A DNA stretch of 36,923 nt, taken from assembly GCF_000372725.1 (NCBI RefSeq), contig NW_005201240.1:278250-315172 (forward strand), read 5' to 3'. The notes beneath the pieces are model-generated. The model did no database searches, was not told where the DNA came from, and saw nothing but the letters and a program-made list of their open reading frames with translations. The first letter of the stretch is position 1. Every line of letters begins with the position of its first letter. Shown piece after piece: positions 1-10,284 of the stretch. Made by a program: the position numbers and the translations under genes. Origin of the DNA: Emiliania huxleyi CCMP1516 (Eukaryota).

Positions 1-39
1 TTGCGCGATATTGCGCGATATTGCGCGATATTGCGCGAT
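1..39. repeat. Tandem repeat (TTGCGCGATA)x~4, possibly cut by the window edge
   Basis: Direct reading: ttgcgcgata x3 then ttgcgcgat. Confidence 0.9.
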
Positions 40-276
40 CATTCACGATATACAGAAAATTTCCGCTAGACAGGGATTACCGCCGCAGGTCCCACACTAG
101 TTGTAAAAACCCGCCTTGACCCAACATAGAGGGCGTTGTGTAGCCTAGCTTTTGGGTAATATAAAAAAACTCTTTGCAGCGCGGGGGTAGAGGACAACCC
201 GGCCGAACCAGGCCGAACAACAACCTGGCAACAATAACAACCTCCGCTCTACTCGGCTGTCGGCAGTATCGCGTAC

Positions 277-2506
277 ATGACGACCTGGAATCTCATCCGG
301 TCCGATCAGCTCTGCACGGCCGGAGAAACACGGCTTGGCTACTGCTGGACCGAGGGAGCGGATTGCTGCGGCCGGCTGTGCCGCGAGAAGGCAAGCTGCT
401 CGTACTTCTTGTGGGACAGCACAACGTTCGAGTGCTGGCAGTCGCACGCCGGTAGCAGAGACTGCGACAGCGGCTGGATCGAGGCGCGTGGCGTCTCGTT
501 CTATGCGCTTGAGGGCGACCGCACGCCGTTCACGTGGAGCCTGGTGCACAAGCATGCCGAGTGCGCCTCGCCCGACATGGCGCTGGGCGACGGCCTCGCC
601 TCGACCGTGGGCGAGTGCGCCTTCCGCTGCGACGCCCTGCCCGGCTGCGACTTCTTTCTTTACGACGAGCGAGGTGCACGCTGCCCCTCCCATTGCCGCG
701 CCTCCACCACGCACCACCACACACCCATCCACCACACACCCATCACAGGTGGCGGCTGCTTTGAGGAGTACACCTCTTCGGCGGACTGCCCCGAGGGTCT
801 GCAGACGTGGCGGCGGTGCGACCGGTAGATGCAGCGGCGAAACACCCGTCGGCCACGACCAGACACCGGATTTCCAGCGACGGAGAGACGGTCGCACTGA
901 GCGAGACACAGACAACGACGACACAAGTGGGCGCTGCCACAGGTACGACTTTTACGCGCTGTTGCGAGGCTCCGCCGCGCCCATCCCCCTGGCCGAGCGC
1001 TGGTCCTGCGTCGGTCCGGCGCCCTTCCCTGGCGAGGCGGCGTCCTCCGCCCCGCGCCGCACCTCGACCTGCTTCGAGTACCACGCGGCTCCGAAGCGGT
1101 CGTGGGTCGGGTCGGAGGCCGCCTGCCTCTCCCGCGGAATGCACCTCGCCTCCCTAATTAACTACTAACTGACTACTAATTGACTGCTAATTAGGCCGCC
1201 TGCCTCTCCCGCGGGATGCACCTCGCCTCCCTAATTAACTACTAATTGACTACTAATTGACTGCTAATTAGGCCGCCTGCCTCTCCCGCGGGATGCACCT
1301 CGCCTCCGTCCACTCCGCCGCCGAGAACGAGGTCGCGCTCTCGCTCTGTGCGGAGGAGTGCTGGATCGGCTTCACCGACCGGCAGAGCGAGGGCGAGTGG
1401 CGCTGGACCGACGGGTCCAGGGACGGAGGGCCGCACCCGTGGAGCCCGGGAGAGCCAAATGGGCAGCTGCACGAGACCACCGATGGCGCGTACATCTACC
1501 CGCTCCGTGCGGGGCTCGACTCGCCAGGCTCCCGGGATGACGTTGATCTCGGGCCGTCCCAGCCCATCCCGGCCCATCTCGGCCCATCTCGGGTGGTCTT
1601 GACTCGCCAGGCTCGTGGGACGACGACTTTGTCAACGTGTCGACGGCAGGCATGGCGGCCGAGATTAGCCGAGATCAGCTGAGATCAGCCGGGACTAGCC
1701 GAGACGAGCCGAGATCAGCCGAGATCAGCCGAGATCAGCCGAGATCAGCCGAGATCCCCAACGTGTCGAGTCGACGGCAGGTCCGGCGGCCGGCCACGTC
1801 GTCGAGCGCGCCTTCCTCTGCCGGCACGACTTCCGCGCCGCGCCGCTCCGCCGCACCTCTACACTACTGCCCCTCTCCACGGCTAACACTGCTACGCTGC
1901 TCCCACTGCTGCACTACACGGCTCACACTGCCCCTCTCACTGCCCCTCTCCCCTGCCTCACGGCCGCCGCGCATCTACAGGCGCGACTTCCGCGCCGCGC
2001 CGCGCCCTCCGCCGCGGCCACCTCGCTTGGCCCAGGGCCCCTCCCCCCTCACAGCTTTCTGTTGAGTGGCAGCTCGCTTGTCTTAGGCCGCTGCGGCCTG
2101 GCCCTGGGGCCGCCGCTTCCTTTGCGCTGCTCGTCTCTGGCGGCGTGCTCGCCCTCGCGCTACGGAGGCGCCTCATCTCGGCTGAACCTCGGCTGAACCT
2201 CGGCCAAGCTCGGCCGCTCTCGGATCCTCTCGGTTCCTCTCGGCTGATCAGCGGCTCTCGGCCGCTCTCGGCTGATCTCGGCTGATCTCGTCTAATCTCG
2301 CCCTCGCGCCGCGGAGGTGCCTCCCGTCCGCAGACGGCGTCCCGCTGCTCTCGCTGCGCCACGCGGCGCGAAAGGTCTCCGCGCGCAGCCTCGCCTCGGG
2401 AGACATCGCCCTCTCGTCCGAGAGCTTCGGCCGAGGCTCGGGGTTTGGCCCTTCGCGGGGCGTCGCGCCCGCCGACGAGAACGGCGACGCATCTTCTCTA
2501 CTGTAG
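277..2506 (+). CDS. Multi-exon membrane protein: two PAN/apple-like Cys modules, a C-type lectin domain, a TM helix and a cytoplasmic tail
   Basis: CTLD motifs KRSWVGSE-AACLSRGMHLASVHSAAENE, CWIGFTDRQSEGEWRWTDG, PWSPGEPNG, SWDD, RAFLC. PAN-like CAFRCDALPGCDFFLY. Hydrophobic AAASFALLVSGGVLALALRR near 2110-2170. Inferred introns ~674-748, ~816-942, 1118-1271, ~1528-1610, 1650-1780, 1824-1980, ~2017-2086, 2168-2316; stop TAG 2504-2506. No signal peptide seen, so the 5' end is uncertain. Confidence 0.75.
1118..1307 (+). repeat. 77-bp tandem repeat (two full units plus an exonic partial copy) forming an intron of the lectin gene
   Basis: gccgcctgcctctcccgcgg(a/g)atgcacctcgcctcc starts at 1118, 1195 and 1272. 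The first two copies are followed by an AT-rich ctaattaactactaa...ttag tail. Confidence 0.9.
1657..1756. repeat. Intronic 10-bp minisatellite (GCCGAGATCA)n
   Basis: About 10 degenerate copies. The reverse-complement form (CTCGGCTGAT/AC)n occurs at ~2177-2300. Confidence 0.9.
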
Positions 2507-2998
2507 CGCCGCCACTAGCGGAAGGTGTGGGCATGTGTACACTCCTGCTGCGGAGCCCACACTCACTGTACAGTCACTGAGTGCGTCTGATCCACGGTGG
2601 GTGGATAGCAGCTGCGTCCGTTCTCGCCTTCCCCCGTCAGCGCACAGCGGCGCGGGCGGGCGGGCGGGCGCGCGGGGCGGCGGCTGCGGCGGCCTGGCGG
2701 GTCCGCGGCGGCGCGGTGCGGCGTGCCGTCGTCTCGACTCCCGCCATTCGCTCTCTCTTCGAGTTGTGTTTCTTTTTATTGCCTCTACAACTCCACGCAG
2801 AGCTCCGTCACGAGGCACCAAAGGCTCGCTACACGAACTCGAGGCAAAGCGGAACAACCTCAGACGAAGAGTGGACGACCCCCAGAACACAGTGAGACGC
2901 ATCACAAGCTCATACTCGTCCTCGCAGATGCGCACAACCTCTCATCTCCTCGCAATGGGCCTCGACTGAAGCCGCTGTCCAGCCGACAGGCCAGCCGT

Positions 2999-3394
2999 CT
3001 ACGCTGCGGGCGCGGGCATCTCCACTTCCACCTCCAGGTCATCGCCACTGCTGCCATTCTCCCAGTCGTCGTCGTCCGCGGGCTTGGCGGCGACGGAGAG
3101 CCGCCGCTTTGCAAAGTCCGAGGCGTCGCCTCCGCCTCCGCCGCCAGCGCCGGCGGTGGAGAGCCGCCCCTCGGCGATCTGCTCGAGGCCTGTCTCGCCC
3201 AGGTTGATATAGACACCGCCGTCGAGGTCGATGTGGCCGCTCAGACGGCCGCTGACTGAGCCAGACACGCCCACCTGGTCGCGGAAGGTGAGAGGTACGA
3301 TGAGCTTCTGCGCACGCTCGCGTGGGGCATCTGGGACGATGGGAAGGAGCCCCCCCTCCAAAGTGCAGGGCCCGGCGATCCCCGCGGCATGCAA
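2999..3394 (-). CDS. Hypothetical coding segment, possibly a spliced C-terminal extension of the PP2C gene
   Basis: Protein-like sequence GHIDLDGGVYINLGETGLEQIAEGRLS...FAKRRLSV...DDDDWE just downstream of PP2C on the same strand. I could not establish a splice connection. Confidence 0.35.
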   Translation of the reverse strand: MHAAGIAGPCTLEGGLLPIVPDAPRERAQKLIVPLTFRDQVGVSGSVSGRLSGHIDLDGGVYINLGETGLEQIAEGRLSTAGAGGGGGGDASDFAKRRLSVAAKPADDDDWENGSSGDDLEVEVEMPAPAA

Positions 3395-3630
3395 GGTGCA
3401 AGGCCCGGTGCGCGCGCGCGTGAGCAGACCTGGTCGAGCGTCTTTGGCGGTTCGTCCGCGTCGGGCTGGATGAAGGGGAGACGGACCTGCGTTGTGAGCG
3501 CGCGGGCTATGAATGCAGCGAGTGGGGCGAATGCAGGGGCTTAGCTGATTGCTGCTGAATACGGCTGCGTCCTGCCGGGTGTGTCCTTCTCGAGTGCTAG
3601 TCGGAATACAGAGGGGCCCGTGTTCCGCAT

Positions 3631-4813
3631 CTACGGGAGGCGGACGACGATCGCGGTGATGTCATCGCGGTAGTTGCCCTCTGCCTTCTTCCAGCGCTGC
3701 GCCGCAGCCTGCACCAGGCTCGCGCACGCCTTGCTCGCCGACGCCGACTCCTTCGCGACGATCTGGCACGCCTCCTTGGAGCTGATGAACTGCGGGGGCA
3801 AAAGGCAACGAGGCGGGCAACGAGGTGGGCGGTGAGGCGGCACGAGGCACGCACCGGGCGGGTGGTGGTGAGGCGTTGGTGGCAGTCGAGGTGGCGAGAG
3901 GGCGGCAGAGGACTAGCAAGGCTCTCGTCTAGCGAGCGGGTGTGGCGGCGGTGCGGCCCGTGTGGAAGCTTCTCGGAAGTGGCGCCTCCCACACGCCGTC
4001 CGACGCGCAGATGATGAAGCGGTCGCCGCGGTCGACGTCGATGTCGAACTTGCGGATCTGCGGGTCGGCGATGACGCCGTACTTCTTGCACTCCCCGTCC
4101 CCGATCGAGCGCGACATGGCCAGACCCACCCGCCCATCGCACCAGACGCGCGACGGACCGTTGCCGCGGCCGACCGAGACCTCGCCGCCCGCGGCGAGGA
4201 TGCGCTCCTTCTCGCCTGGCGCGTCGGGCTTCATGTCGACGGACAGGTCGCGCGCCTTGACGCTGCCGCGCTCGACGTAGCCCATCACGGCGCGCGAGTC
4301 GCCCGAGCACGCCACCCAGCAGGTGGAGCCCTGCACGTACACGATCGTCGACGTCGTGCCGCACATGTTGGCGAAGGATCCACCGTCCTTCTTGAGCACC
4401 TTCTTGTCGACCTCGATCACGGTCTGGTGCAGCACCGCCGGCGGGTCCGCGCGAAGCTCCGCCCCAACCTCTTGCAGCGCCGCCGGAATGGCCTTCACGC
4501 AGAACTCGCTCACCTTCTCGCCATTGCGCCCGTGTCCGTCAAAGACGCAGAAAAGGGCCTCGTTGTGCGAGCCGTTGTAGGGCCAGTGAGCGACGCCCCG
4601 GTCCTGGTTGATCTTGGCGTACGCCGCGCCGCCAGATCCCGGGCTCACGCCGTGGCGGGTCGCGTTGCCAAGCGACTCGGCCAGCGGACCCGACGCCTCG
4701 TCGTTGCCCCTGCGAGGAGAGAAGAGCTCGTTGGGCTCGTGCGCGATGGACTTGCGTCCTTCGGGAACCTGCGGGGTCGAGCCCTCCTTGGGCTTGCTGT
4801 CCGAAGCTCCCAT
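3631..4813 (-). CDS. PP2C/PPM-family Ser/Thr phosphatase, 2 exons (4813-3986, 3789-3631), with N-myristoylation-like start MGASDS
   Basis: Motifs NQDR, FCVFDGHG, CGTT, SGDSRAV, DMKPD..EKERI, LAMSRSIGD, ICASDGVWE|FISS, RDDITAIVV. A GC-AG intron at 3790-3985 joins them in frame. Confidence 0.93.
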
Positions 4814-4930
4814 CGATCAAGTCGGGCTCAAGCCCGACACAAGGATGTGGGACGGACGTCACAAAAAAAGCACCGCTCTTTATACTCGTTTATTCACGAG
4901 GCGACCCCAGGGAACCGTGGGCCCGCTTGT

Positions 4931-5109
4931 AGAACCCACAGTGCGATCTGCGCCCCAGAGCGTTTTCGCCTCTCCCGGCCGCCCGTGAGCGCCCCCCGCG
5001 TGCATCTACTGGCTGAAAACGCGTCGTGGGCCAGCTCTCATACCCTCCCGCCCGGCCCCGGCGGCAGGTGGCGTCGCGCCGCCCGAAGCACCGCCCGCGG
5101 TGGTGCTGG
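4931..5109 (+). repeat. Left inverted repeat (179 bp)
   Basis: agaacccacagtgcgatctg...ccgcccgcggtggtgctgg. The same peptide QHHRGRCFGRRDATC...RRSHCGF appears in ORFs 4890..5150(-) and 17435..17821(+). Confidence 0.95.
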
Positions 5110-5159
5110 CGCCGCTCAAACTGCGCATTGCCATCCCGCGTGACCTGCACCTCTCAACC

Positions 5160-8072
5160 ATGGCCAGCCGGCGCATGTCTGGTGGTGAGCGTGCCATGAG
5201 TCACCTCTTGGACTCTCCCACCAGCTCACGCCCATCTGCGTGCCCTGCAGACGCCGAGCTTTCGAGCTGGCTGCGGCTGCTGCCCGACGAGTGGCGCCTC
5301 CGACCGATGCAGCGCCGCGGCCTCGAGCTCATGGCGCGCGGCGAGGACCTGCTCGTCGTCGACCGGACGGGTGGCGGCAAGTCCTTGCTCTTCCAGCTGC
5401 CCGCCATCGCTGATTGGGTGGTCGAGGTGGAGCGGGGCGATGAGCTGCCGTCGGTCACGCTGCTCGTCGTGCCGTTTGTCAGCTTGGGGGAGCACCAGGC
5501 GGCGGCGTTCGACGCGTTAATCAAAAAGCTGCGGGACGCAAGGCGCCTCCCCGGTCGCGCCGCCGCGGCCACCGCCCTGTTCGTGCGCCGCGGGGCGCCG
5601 CGCGCCGCAAAAGCCGCTGCTCGAGAGGCGGCGCCTGCAACCACACCCGCCGCGAGCCAGGGCGGCGAGACCGCTAGCGCGTGGCCTACGGCGCTGCCGT
5701 GCGGCTCCTGCGAGGGCTGCCGCGGCACGCTGGCGCCGAATCTCCACGCAAATCTGCCCATGGTCGGCGACGCGCGGTGCTGCTGGTCGTGCAAGGTGGC
5801 CGCGCCCGGGAGACCGGCGGAGTGGTGTGACTGGTGCCAGGCGCACCCGAAGTCGCGAGCAGTCAGCTCCACGAGAGCCGTGCGCGGCCTCAAGGCCTGC
5901 GTCCTTCGGTCCCGCTTGCTCGCCCCGCACGCGAGCGGCGAGGAGGGAGGCTCGTCGGCGACACCCTCGACGACGGCGCCCATGGCTCGCACCCGCAGCG
6001 CCGCGCTGGTCTCTCCGGCGCCGGCAAAGAGCAGCGCTGCCGAGACAGAGACTGCCGAGGAGGAGGCTAGCGAGCCGACGTGCCTGTCCGATCTCCACCG
6101 GCGGTCGCCCGAGCGCCGTATCGCTGAAGATGCGAGTATCGCGCTCGTCATCGTCACCGCCAGCGCGCTCGACGCCGAGGGCAGGCGCGGGCGGCTGCTG
6201 CGCGAGGCTCTTACTCTGCGCACGCTCCGACGCCGGGTGATGGACGAGAGCCACACGGTTGACGCGGAGCAGATGGCGTCGTACGCGCCCTCTGTCGGGC
6301 GCGTCGGCATCTGCTGGGAGATAGGCGACTCTGCTGCCACGGTGGCGAGCGGCGTGCAGCGCAGGCCGCCTCGACTCGCCCTCACCGGCACCCTGCCGCC
6401 CGTTGCGACGCCTCGCGTGCTGCGCCGGCTGCGGATGAGCGAGGCGACGACGTCGGTGCTGCGCGGATCCATCGACCGCCCGGACGTCACCTACTACCGC
6501 ATCCCACTCACGCGCGCCGACGGGGAGAGCTTGATTGACCTCGGCGTCCGCACTCTCGCCCTCATCCGCAACGCGGCACCGAGATGGGCGACCGAGGGAC
6601 GCACCATGATATTCACCTCGTTCACGTCGACAGCGCGCCGGCTCGCTGCTGCTCTCTGTAAGCCGCCTTGCACGGAGCCGGCTTGGTGTTACTGCTCGCG
6701 CTCGATGGACCCTGCAGAGCGCGAGCAGAACCGCCGCGCGTGGGAGAACTCCCCTCGCGGCATCATCGTCTGCACCGGCGCCCTCGGCACAGGCACTAGC
6801 ACCCCTGGTGTGCGGCTCGTCATCGGGTACGACTTTCCCGCGGACGTTATCGAGCTCGCCCAGCACGTCGGCCGAGCCGCGCGCGAGGATGGCGAGTCGG
6901 GCGTGGCCGCACTGTGCATGACCGGCCAGTTTGCGTCGGAGCGGTTGGCGCTTCTCGCGCCGACGGACCGCGCCGGCGTTGCCAACTTTGTGCGGGTGCT
7001 CGGCGTGCTCTTTACCACTGGCTGTTTCCGCGCTGCGCTGCTGCGTGAGTTTGGGGAGGTTGGGGAGGGGTGTGCCGGCTGCGATCACTGCTGCCGTTGC
7101 GGCTACTGCGCCAGTGCGGGCGCGCTCTTGCCAGAGCTCGCGTTCCACTGCTTCGAGGGGCGGGAGGCAGCTATCCTTCTCATGGAGCACGTGCGCGCTC
7201 TCGACGAGACCCCGTCCCTGCCCGCGCTCCTTCGCTCTGCTCCTCTCGGCGCAGCTGCCCCCTTCGCCAGCCGCGTGGGGCACGAGATGCTCTGTCTAGC
7301 TCTCATTCCTAGGGGCGGGCTCGTGGTGGAGAATGCGCCGCACCCGCATCTCGAGCGTGGCTCCGTGCCACGCGTGACTATGTGCGAACGCGTGCTGCAC
7401 GAGATGCGGTCCGGCGGCAAGCCCTTCCCTGTGCTCTTGCCTGCTGATGCCTTTGCAGGCAATGCGGTGAGCGGGCGCGTCAAGGGGGCCGAGGAGCTCG
7501 AGGACGCTGCCGACCGACAGGAGGTTTCCTCACTGATTGCTGCCGCGACCGAGTCCCTCGAGCTGGCACAGTCGGTGTTGCGTGGTCGACTTGCTCGCAC
7601 GCGACGACCTCTCGCTCTGTCCCCGTACCAGCGTGCGCTACTCCATGCGGCCTGTCCGAGCTCGGAGGGCTGCCCCGATGCAGTAGGCGAGCCGGCTCCG
7701 CAGCCGACTCAGCCATTGCTGCCCCCTGCTGCGGCATTCCCAGAGTCTCCTGCCGAGCGAATGGCGCGGAAGCGGACCCCCGGTGGAATAGCTGAGACGC
7801 CCACTCCGAGCCGCCCTGTCCCTCAAGGCTCGCCTCGTAGCGCACACGCTCGGCCAGGCTCAGCGAGGCGCGTCAACCCAGAGGACGATGTTGCTCGGCG
7901 GCTGCGCTTGGGTGCGGAACTGGGTAGGGATGCCAAGCGGCGGGGTGTGGGGGAGGTTGTTGCGCCTCCTTCAGCGGAGGTGCGGGACTTTGTCAACCGG
8001 CACCGTCTGTCTGCCGCAGCTAGCAGCGAGCTCGCGCGGATGCTAGAGGCGGCGTCGCTGCGAGAGGAGTAG
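5160..8072 (+). CDS. Divergent intronless RecQ-like SF2 DNA helicase (~970 aa) with a Cys-rich insert and an RQC-type Zn motif
   Basis: Q motif LRPMQ; I DRTGGGKS; Ia LLVVPFVSL; II MDESH; III ALTGT; RGSIDRPDVTY; V VCTGALGTGTSTPGVRLVI; VI QHVGRAAREDG; Zn motif CFRAALLREFGE..CAGCDHC. First ATG is at 5160 (the ORF track opens at GTG 5100, inside the IR). Confidence 0.88.
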   Translation: MASRRMSGGERAMSHLLDSPTSSRPSACPADAELSSWLRLLPDEWRLRPMQRRGLELMARGEDLLVVDRTGGGKSLLFQLPAIADWVVEVERGDELPSVTLLVVPFVSLGEHQAAAFDALIKKLRDARRLPGRAAAATALFVRRGAPRAAKAAAREAAPATTPAASQGGETASAWPTALPCGSCEGCRGTLAPNLHANLPMVGDARCCWSCKVAAPGRPAEWCDWCQAHPKSRAVSSTRAVRGLKACVLRSRLLAPHASGEEGGSSATPSTTAPMARTRSAALVSPAPAKSSAAETETAEEEASEPTCLSDLHRRSPERRIAEDASIALVIVTASALDAEGRRGRLLREALTLRTLRRRVMDESHTVDAEQMASYAPSVGRVGICWEIGDSAATVASGVQRRPPRLALTGTLPPVATPRVLRRLRMSEATTSVLRGSIDRPDVTYYRIPLTRADGESLIDLGVRTLALIRNAAPRWATEGRTMIFTSFTSTARRLAAALCKPPCTEPAWCYCSRSMDPAEREQNRRAWENSPRGIIVCTGALGTGTSTPGVRLVIGYDFPADVIELAQHVGRAAREDGESGVAALCMTGQFASERLALLAPTDRAGVANFVRVLGVLFTTGCFRAALLREFGEVGEGCAGCDHCCRCGYCASAGALLPELAFHCFEGREAAILLMEHVRALDETPSLPALLRSAPLGAAAPFASRVGHEMLCLALIPRGGLVVENAPHPHLERGSVPRVTMCERVLHEMRSGGKPFPVLLPADAFAGNAVSGRVKGAEELEDAADRQEVSSLIAAATESLELAQSVLRGRLARTRRPLALSPYQRALLHAACPSSEGCPDAVGEPAPQPTQPLLPPAAAFPESPAERMARKRTPGGIAETPTPSRPVPQGSPRSAHARPGSARRVNPEDDVARRLRLGAELGRDAKRRGVGEVVAPPSAEVRDFVNRHRLSAAASSELARMLEAASLREE

Positions 8073-8445
8073 TGTCAGTTTGTATATGTATTAATGGTTT
8101 GTTCAAAAGGGTGAGCTCTTGCAGCTCTACTTCTCTCGTCACGCGAAGTACGTTATATGCGCCACCGTCACATATTTGGGCGGTGCCGAGAGAGTGTCGG
8201 AGCGCGAACAAAGATGTCGAGAGGAGCAGGCTGCATCGCCGCCGTCTGACCATTGCAGCGTGGGCCTGTGACTGCTCTGACATCACATCGCGCCCCTAGG
8301 CCCCCTCGGCGAACGCCGTTTCCCGATGTGAGTCCTGCGCGTGCGCGACTACGACCTCCGCCTGGTCGACCTGCCGAAGCTGCGAGGCGGCTTGGAGCGG
8401 CCGCACACTGCTCGGTACCCCCCCTGCACACCTAAGCCCATGGCC

Positions 8446-8571
8446 GACCCCCCCCCCCCAGCAGCAGCGCTCTGCTGCTGGGGGGGTCGGGACCCCCCCC
8501 CCAGCAGCAGCGCTCTGCTGCTGGGGGGGTCGGGACCCCCCCCCAGCAGCAGCGCTCTGCCTGTGGGGGGT
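8446..8571. repeat. Tandem array of three palindromic units (~43-45 bp; third degenerate)
   Basis: Unit gac(C)n-agcagcag-cgct-ctgctgct-(G)n-tc is self-complementary. Confidence 0.9.
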
Positions 8572-8642
8572 GCTAGCATCTCTGTACAGACAGCAGCTGT
8601 AAGTAGCATGCGTTCGAGTTGCGAGAATTTATGGTTTCAGGG

Positions 8643-8699
8643 TTTTTAACTACTAAAAAGTGGAAGCAACTTGCTTCCACTTTTTTTAGTAGTTAAAAA
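8643..8699. repeat. AT-rich near-perfect palindrome (27/29-bp arms, 1-nt loop)
   Basis: tttttaactactaaaaagtggaagcaa-c-ttgcttccactttttttagtagttaaaaa; the right arm has two extra T. Confidence 0.92.
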
Positions 8700-9638
8700 T
8701 TGGAAGTTTCCAAGATTGCCCGCCGCCACATAGAGATTTTCAATGCCCGGCTGACGGAACTGGAGTTCTAGCTACTTGGCGAAAAATGTAGTTGTTAGAC
8801 CCTCGGAGAGCGGCAAAAGCTACGCGGGAGTTTGTGTAATCGAAACTCCTTTTACTACCAATTTTCGCGCCTTTCGTACGTACGTTCTCTGCTCAGGGCG
8901 TGCGCGGCTGCGAGCACAATTAGGGCGCCGTCTGCGGATGCGACGGCTGGGACGGGCGTCAGGCGCCAAGATGCAGCCGGGAGGCCCGGTGTGGGGCGGC
9001 GCGCGCACCGGCGCGACGCGCATCCCACGGGCGACCGTGGCGAGCGCGCCGCATCCGGTGCCACACGGCGCTGCCAGGGCGGCCTCGTTCCAGGGCCAGA
9101 ACACAAACCCCCCCCCCCCCCCCACGTGTGCACAGATACGGCTGCGCTCTTACGCAACATTTTGCTTCAGCACCCATCATTCAACAGACAACATACACAA
9201 AGACGAGATCCAACCAGACATGCAACCAGAGAGATGCCGCCACCAGACAGAGCGCGAGGGCAGCCGGACAGTGCAACCAGACATGCAACACCAGACACGA
9301 GACACGCCCACAAACTCGACTGCCTTTTATGACCTTTCAACGCATTTCACGTGCAGTATACGTGTACTCAGCACCACTACTAATCCTAAGCACTATAATT
9401 AGTCGCAACGTTTCCATGCACACGGGCAAATCGGCCGATTTCCAACCCACTAAATCATCACGGCCCCGTAACACCCTCCGCGCGCGGTCAAAGGCTTCCC
9501 AGGGCCGGTCCATGACACGAACCGCACCTCTAAGCTTCTCGGGCACCCCGAGGCCCATACGGCGCCCCGGAGGGCCCCTGCACGAAAAAAATTCACAAAA
9601 TCACACGAAGTACGGTACACCGTGTACGTACACGTAGC

Positions 9639-10242
9639 CTAGTCATGATCACTCTCTTCTGCGTCTGAAGTGTCCTCAGGCTCTAGCTCCGCCTCATGTT
9701 CCTCGCCCTCCCACACACTCTCACTGCCTTCGTCTCCGCTTTCCCACTCGTTGTCTTCATCATCGGTTTCCTCGTCCGATGCATCATCGATCATCGCAAT
9801 CAGGCTGGGAGAGGCTGCCTGTGATGGAAGGCCGGAGAAGTCAAGGCCCGCGTCCTCCTCCTCGCTCTCCTCCGCTGCGATAGAGCTCGAGGCGGCCGCT
9901 GCGCTAGACGGGCCAGCCGTGGCTGGTGCGCGGGGCGATGCAGCAGCCGAAAAGGAAGCGCTCAAAGCATCCTGCTGCAGCCTCTTGATGCGCTCACAGC
10001 ACTCACTGAGCTGTTCGAACAGCTCGTCCAGCGCCCCCGTGTTCACCTCGTGGTCAATGGAAGCAACAGTGGTGTTCTGTTGCGCCCGTATGATGCGCGT
10101 CTCGATGTTGGTCTTCAGCCTGCGCGCCAGGAGCAGCTGGTTGGTCACAGCGTCCTTGGCAGCCTCAGAAGAGCCGCCACCGCCGCCACCGCCGCCACCG
10201 CCGCCACTGTCCCCGCCGTCGCCACTGCCTCCCCCGCCACCT

Positions 10243-10284
<42 letters not shown>

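Noticed and set aside
72..101. Helitron 3' end (CTAG|T with hairpin)
   Set aside because: The upstream stem is too weak to support the call.
3962..7283. Long antisense or alternative-frame ORFs over PP2C and the helicase
   Set aside because: Shadow ORFs of GC-rich coding DNA with no motifs.
9500..9580. Mini hAT element (cagggccgg...gggcccctg)
   Set aside because: The ends match poorly and there is no 8-bp TSD.
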